From Azolla caroliniana (lineage: Eukaryota > Plantae > Polypodiophyta), in assembly GCA_043228905.1 (NCBI GenBank), contig JBHGNT010000001.1:4960001-5024000 (forward strand): a stretch of DNA of 64,000 nt. The letters run 5' to 3'. Made by a program: the position numbers and the translations under genes. Shown in pieces: positions 60,990 to 64,000 of this stretch; within the stretch, counting starts at the first letter, position 1; each line of letters begins with the position of its first letter. A model generated the notes under the pieces. The model did not search any database. It was not told the DNA's origin and was given only the letters and a program-made list of their open reading frames with translations.

Positions 60990-61766
60990 TGTCGTGAGGA
61001 TTTTCGGCCATGGTGAGAAAACTCGAGCGGAATGAATGAAGCGAGATGTGCAACATTGCACATATACTTAGGAAAATTGTAACATATGAGTAAATAGACA
61101 AATGTAAGAAGGAAAAGTAAAGTGTGGGGTGTAAATGTGATGTGCACTTTGTAGACTAGAGGAAACTACATGAAGAATGGTGTAGGGATTAGTGGCCATT
61201 GAGTGTGAATGTGAGAGGCAAGAGAGTTAAAGGCCCACGGATTTAAGATCAAGGCCAAATATTCCTCATTGAAAGAAGGGGATTTGTCCTCTCCTTTTGT
61301 AATGTGCCTTACCCCTTATTCCTATAAAAGGGAGTGAGGGGTCTCTTGTGAAGCGGTTGCCTATTTTGAGTGAGGAGAGGCTTCCACTTTTTGTTTTTCT
61401 TTGGGTTGCCTATTTGAGTGAGGAGAGGCTTCCACTTTTTGGGTTTCTTTGGGTTGCCATTAGGGATGCAGAATTTTGGGTTTTAGGATCGTTTTAGGGG
61501 TTTCATTCGTCTTCTTCTTCTTCTTTTCCCCTATCCGGTTAGGGTTTCATCTAGAGGGTTTACATTCGGCCTACACGGCCACGGTTGTAATTGGTGTGGT
61601 GCTTTCCATAATGTATCTTGTCTTGTTTAGATCTTATTCTCTTGAATCTTAATCTTTCTCTTCCTTCTCGGTTGAACTCCCAAGCTTCTCTCCCTCCTCT
61701 TACTCCCTAGTCCAAGACCCCTGTGGTCCCATCCTATCTGACACGCACACGCAGATTTCCGCGACA
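60990..61766 (+). mobile_element. Older solo LTR of the same gypsy group (777 bp)
   Basis: TGTCGTGAGG...CCGCGACA, TATA-like CCTATAAAAG at 61321, shared U5 motif, flanks CCGT/CTGC. Confidence 0.8.
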
Positions 61767-62568
61767 CTGCATGATGGGGGATTGTAGGGTTATGAGACGG
61801 AGATGAGTGAGGAAGTTGGGGAAATGAAGATGGTGGTGTTGAGGTGAGGGGTGATCCCAATATTAGTAGGAGAAGGCGTAGAGATTGCGATTGGGAGGTA
61901 GTAATTTAATGCAAGGTAGAGGAAAGGGAGGTGGGGTGATATGGGGTGTGGATGTGATAATGGTTGTCAAGCATGGGACCCATGAGATCAAGAATACGTT
62001 ATCATTTTGGTAGGCAACAAAATACCAAAGGGGGGTCGTTGGACAATTACGTGTTAATGTGAAGTAAGTGAGAAATATGAAAAGAGATCGTGATTGATTT
62101 TCCTTATAATCGGTAAGTGTACTGTGTAACATATATAAATCAATTCTTTTTCTACGAGGACACATCATCAAGGGACAACTTCCCAAATGGACGAGACATA
62201 TACATCACGTGACACAATCTCCTACTGCCACATCAGAATGCTTTTGTATTTTTGCTATCGCACAAGACACGACGCTGACGCAATACATGAGCGCAGGAGT
62301 GGCAATATCACACGACTCCACGATGTCCCTTGGACATCCAAAAGGAAGCGAAAATACATTTTGTGTTGTGCAGTGGTAGTACTCTCTCTCTCTCTCTCTG
62401 TGTCACATGAATGAGGCTGCCTACATTAAGTCGTAGGTTCAGCAAAGTGGGAAATATCTGGGAAGGCTTCCACTTGCAATGCGGTTCAAAAAATTCAGGC
62501 CATTTCATCCGCATATAGCCAGATTAGGTCAATAGCATTGAATTATTGTTGTTGTGCCCTCCCATTCA

Positions 62569-62606
62569 TATATAAATTATAGACATACCCCCATCCGTAT
62601 ATAAAT
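62569..62606 (+). promoter_or_regulatory. TATA-box candidates upstream of the UGT
   Basis: Two TATATAAA about 90-125 bp before the ATG at 62695. Confidence 0.45.
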
Positions 62607-62694
62607 ATTGACATACCTCTGCACTAAATCTTCATCACCATCTATCCCCACAGCTACACCTGCACCCACACCTTCTTCTTCTTCTTCTTCTTCT

Positions 62695-64000
62695 ATGGCA
62701 CCAATTCCATCATCCCCCCATGATGGGCGTCCCCAACCCCAACCCCAACTCCATGCCCTGGTCATCCCCTTCCCTGCCCAGGGCCACATTGCCCCCTTGA
62801 TGCAACTCTCCCTCAAGCTCGCCCGCCAAGAAGGCTTCTCCGTCACATTCGTCAACACCCAATACAACCATCCCCTCCTCAGCCACCTCTTGCCCACCTT
62901 CCAGGACGAGGGCCTCGACATACGCCTCGTTGAGGTCTACGACAAGCGCGACACCGGCCACACCACCGGCGTAGGCAGTATCGTCGAGCTCTGCGAAACC
63001 TTCTTCAGCCTCCAGCCCCAATTCGAGGAGCTCGTTCAGTCCCTCATCTCGCCCTCCATATCTTCCAACTCCTCCGACACTACTCACCGTCGTCCGCCAC
63101 TCTCCCTCATCATCGCTGACCTGTACCTCTACTTCACTCTCGACCTCGCTGCCAAATTCTCCCTCCCGCACATGGCTTTCTGGACTGCCTCTGCCGGCAC
63201 CCTAGCCTCCGTCCTGGCCATCAATCGGGGCCACCGACCCAGTAATAACTCCCCCCCCCTCTTTCTAGTTGAATATCGTAACTGTAAAATCCTGGAAATA
63301 AAGGCCTGTTTAGACCACTATATTCTTGAGGTTGAGCTGCCTCCCTAATGCTTACGTTAGAGATTTTGTTGTAGATGCAGATGATCCACTGGAGCTGGTG
63401 CGGTGGATCCCGGGCGTTCCACCATTGAAGCGTACCGAAATCAACGGCTTCTTGCAGTGCTTCGATCCTGCGGACCTTATGTACAACGTCTTCCTGGAGC
63501 CGTACCAGAGACGCAAGGAGACAACGTGGGTTGTATTCAACACGTTGGAGGCGTTGGAGCATGAATCTCTGGAGGCCTTGCGCGAAGAGAACGAGCGCGT
63601 GTTCAGCATTGGCCCTCTGCTACCGCTTGCATACTTGAAGGCTGGGGGAGGGGGAGGGGGAGGGGGAGAGGGAGGAGCTCCTCAACCCAATGGAGGCGAT
63701 GGGGCATTAGAGCCGTATCACACGGCCTCCCTCTGGCCAGAGGACCACGCCTGCCTGAAGTGGCTGAATCGGCAAGCCGCGAACTCCGTGCTGTATGTGT
63801 CCTTCGGGAGCATAGCCGTGTTGAGCGCGGAGCAGTTCGAGGAGCTGGCGTTGGGGCTAGAGGCGAGTGGTGTGGCGCTGCTGTGGGTCATACGCCCCGA
63901 TCTGATGTATGGGGAGAAGGCCTTGTTTCCTGCGGGCTACTTGGAGAGGATGAAGGAGCGCACGTGCTTCGTGGAGTGGGCGCCGCAGCTGCAGGTGTTG
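62695..64000 (+). CDS. Family-1 UDP-glycosyltransferase, 2 exons (62695-63241; 63375 or 63381 to beyond the window)
   Basis: HALVIPFPAQGHIAPLMQL, LIIAD; phase-1 GT..AG intron from 63242; exon 2 WIPGVPPL, FNTLEALE, IGPL, CLKWLNRQAANSVLYVSFGS, start of PSPG box WAPQLQVL. Confidence 0.93.

Noticed and set aside
63242-63348. Apparent premature stop of the UGT at 246 aa
   Set aside because: Read-through into a phase-1 intron; exon 2 continues in frame

Overview
Plant nuclear DNA, most consistent with a fern (inference from intronless PLS-class PPR genes and the retroelement families). Host genes: two convergent paralogous PLS-E PPR genes (7085-9283 +, 13815-17057 -), two PPR pseudogenes and a family-1 UDP-glycosyltransferase (62695 to window end). 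The rest is largely nested retroelements: two intact young Ty1/copia elements (937-6392, 33464-38906), two decayed copia elements (17559-23202, 32395-60916), a split LINE, solo LTRs, and several members of an unusual Ty3/gypsy family including one intact copy (53549-60878). That family is the most interesting system here: 4-bp target duplications centred on CpG, an 18-nt tRNA-Trp primer site, gag-protease separated from RT-RH-IN by a candidate G_GAU_UUU -1 frameshift, a D-H-G protease motif, and LTRs that grow tandem arrays. All alignments were done by eye; no database search was run, so novelty is unverified.
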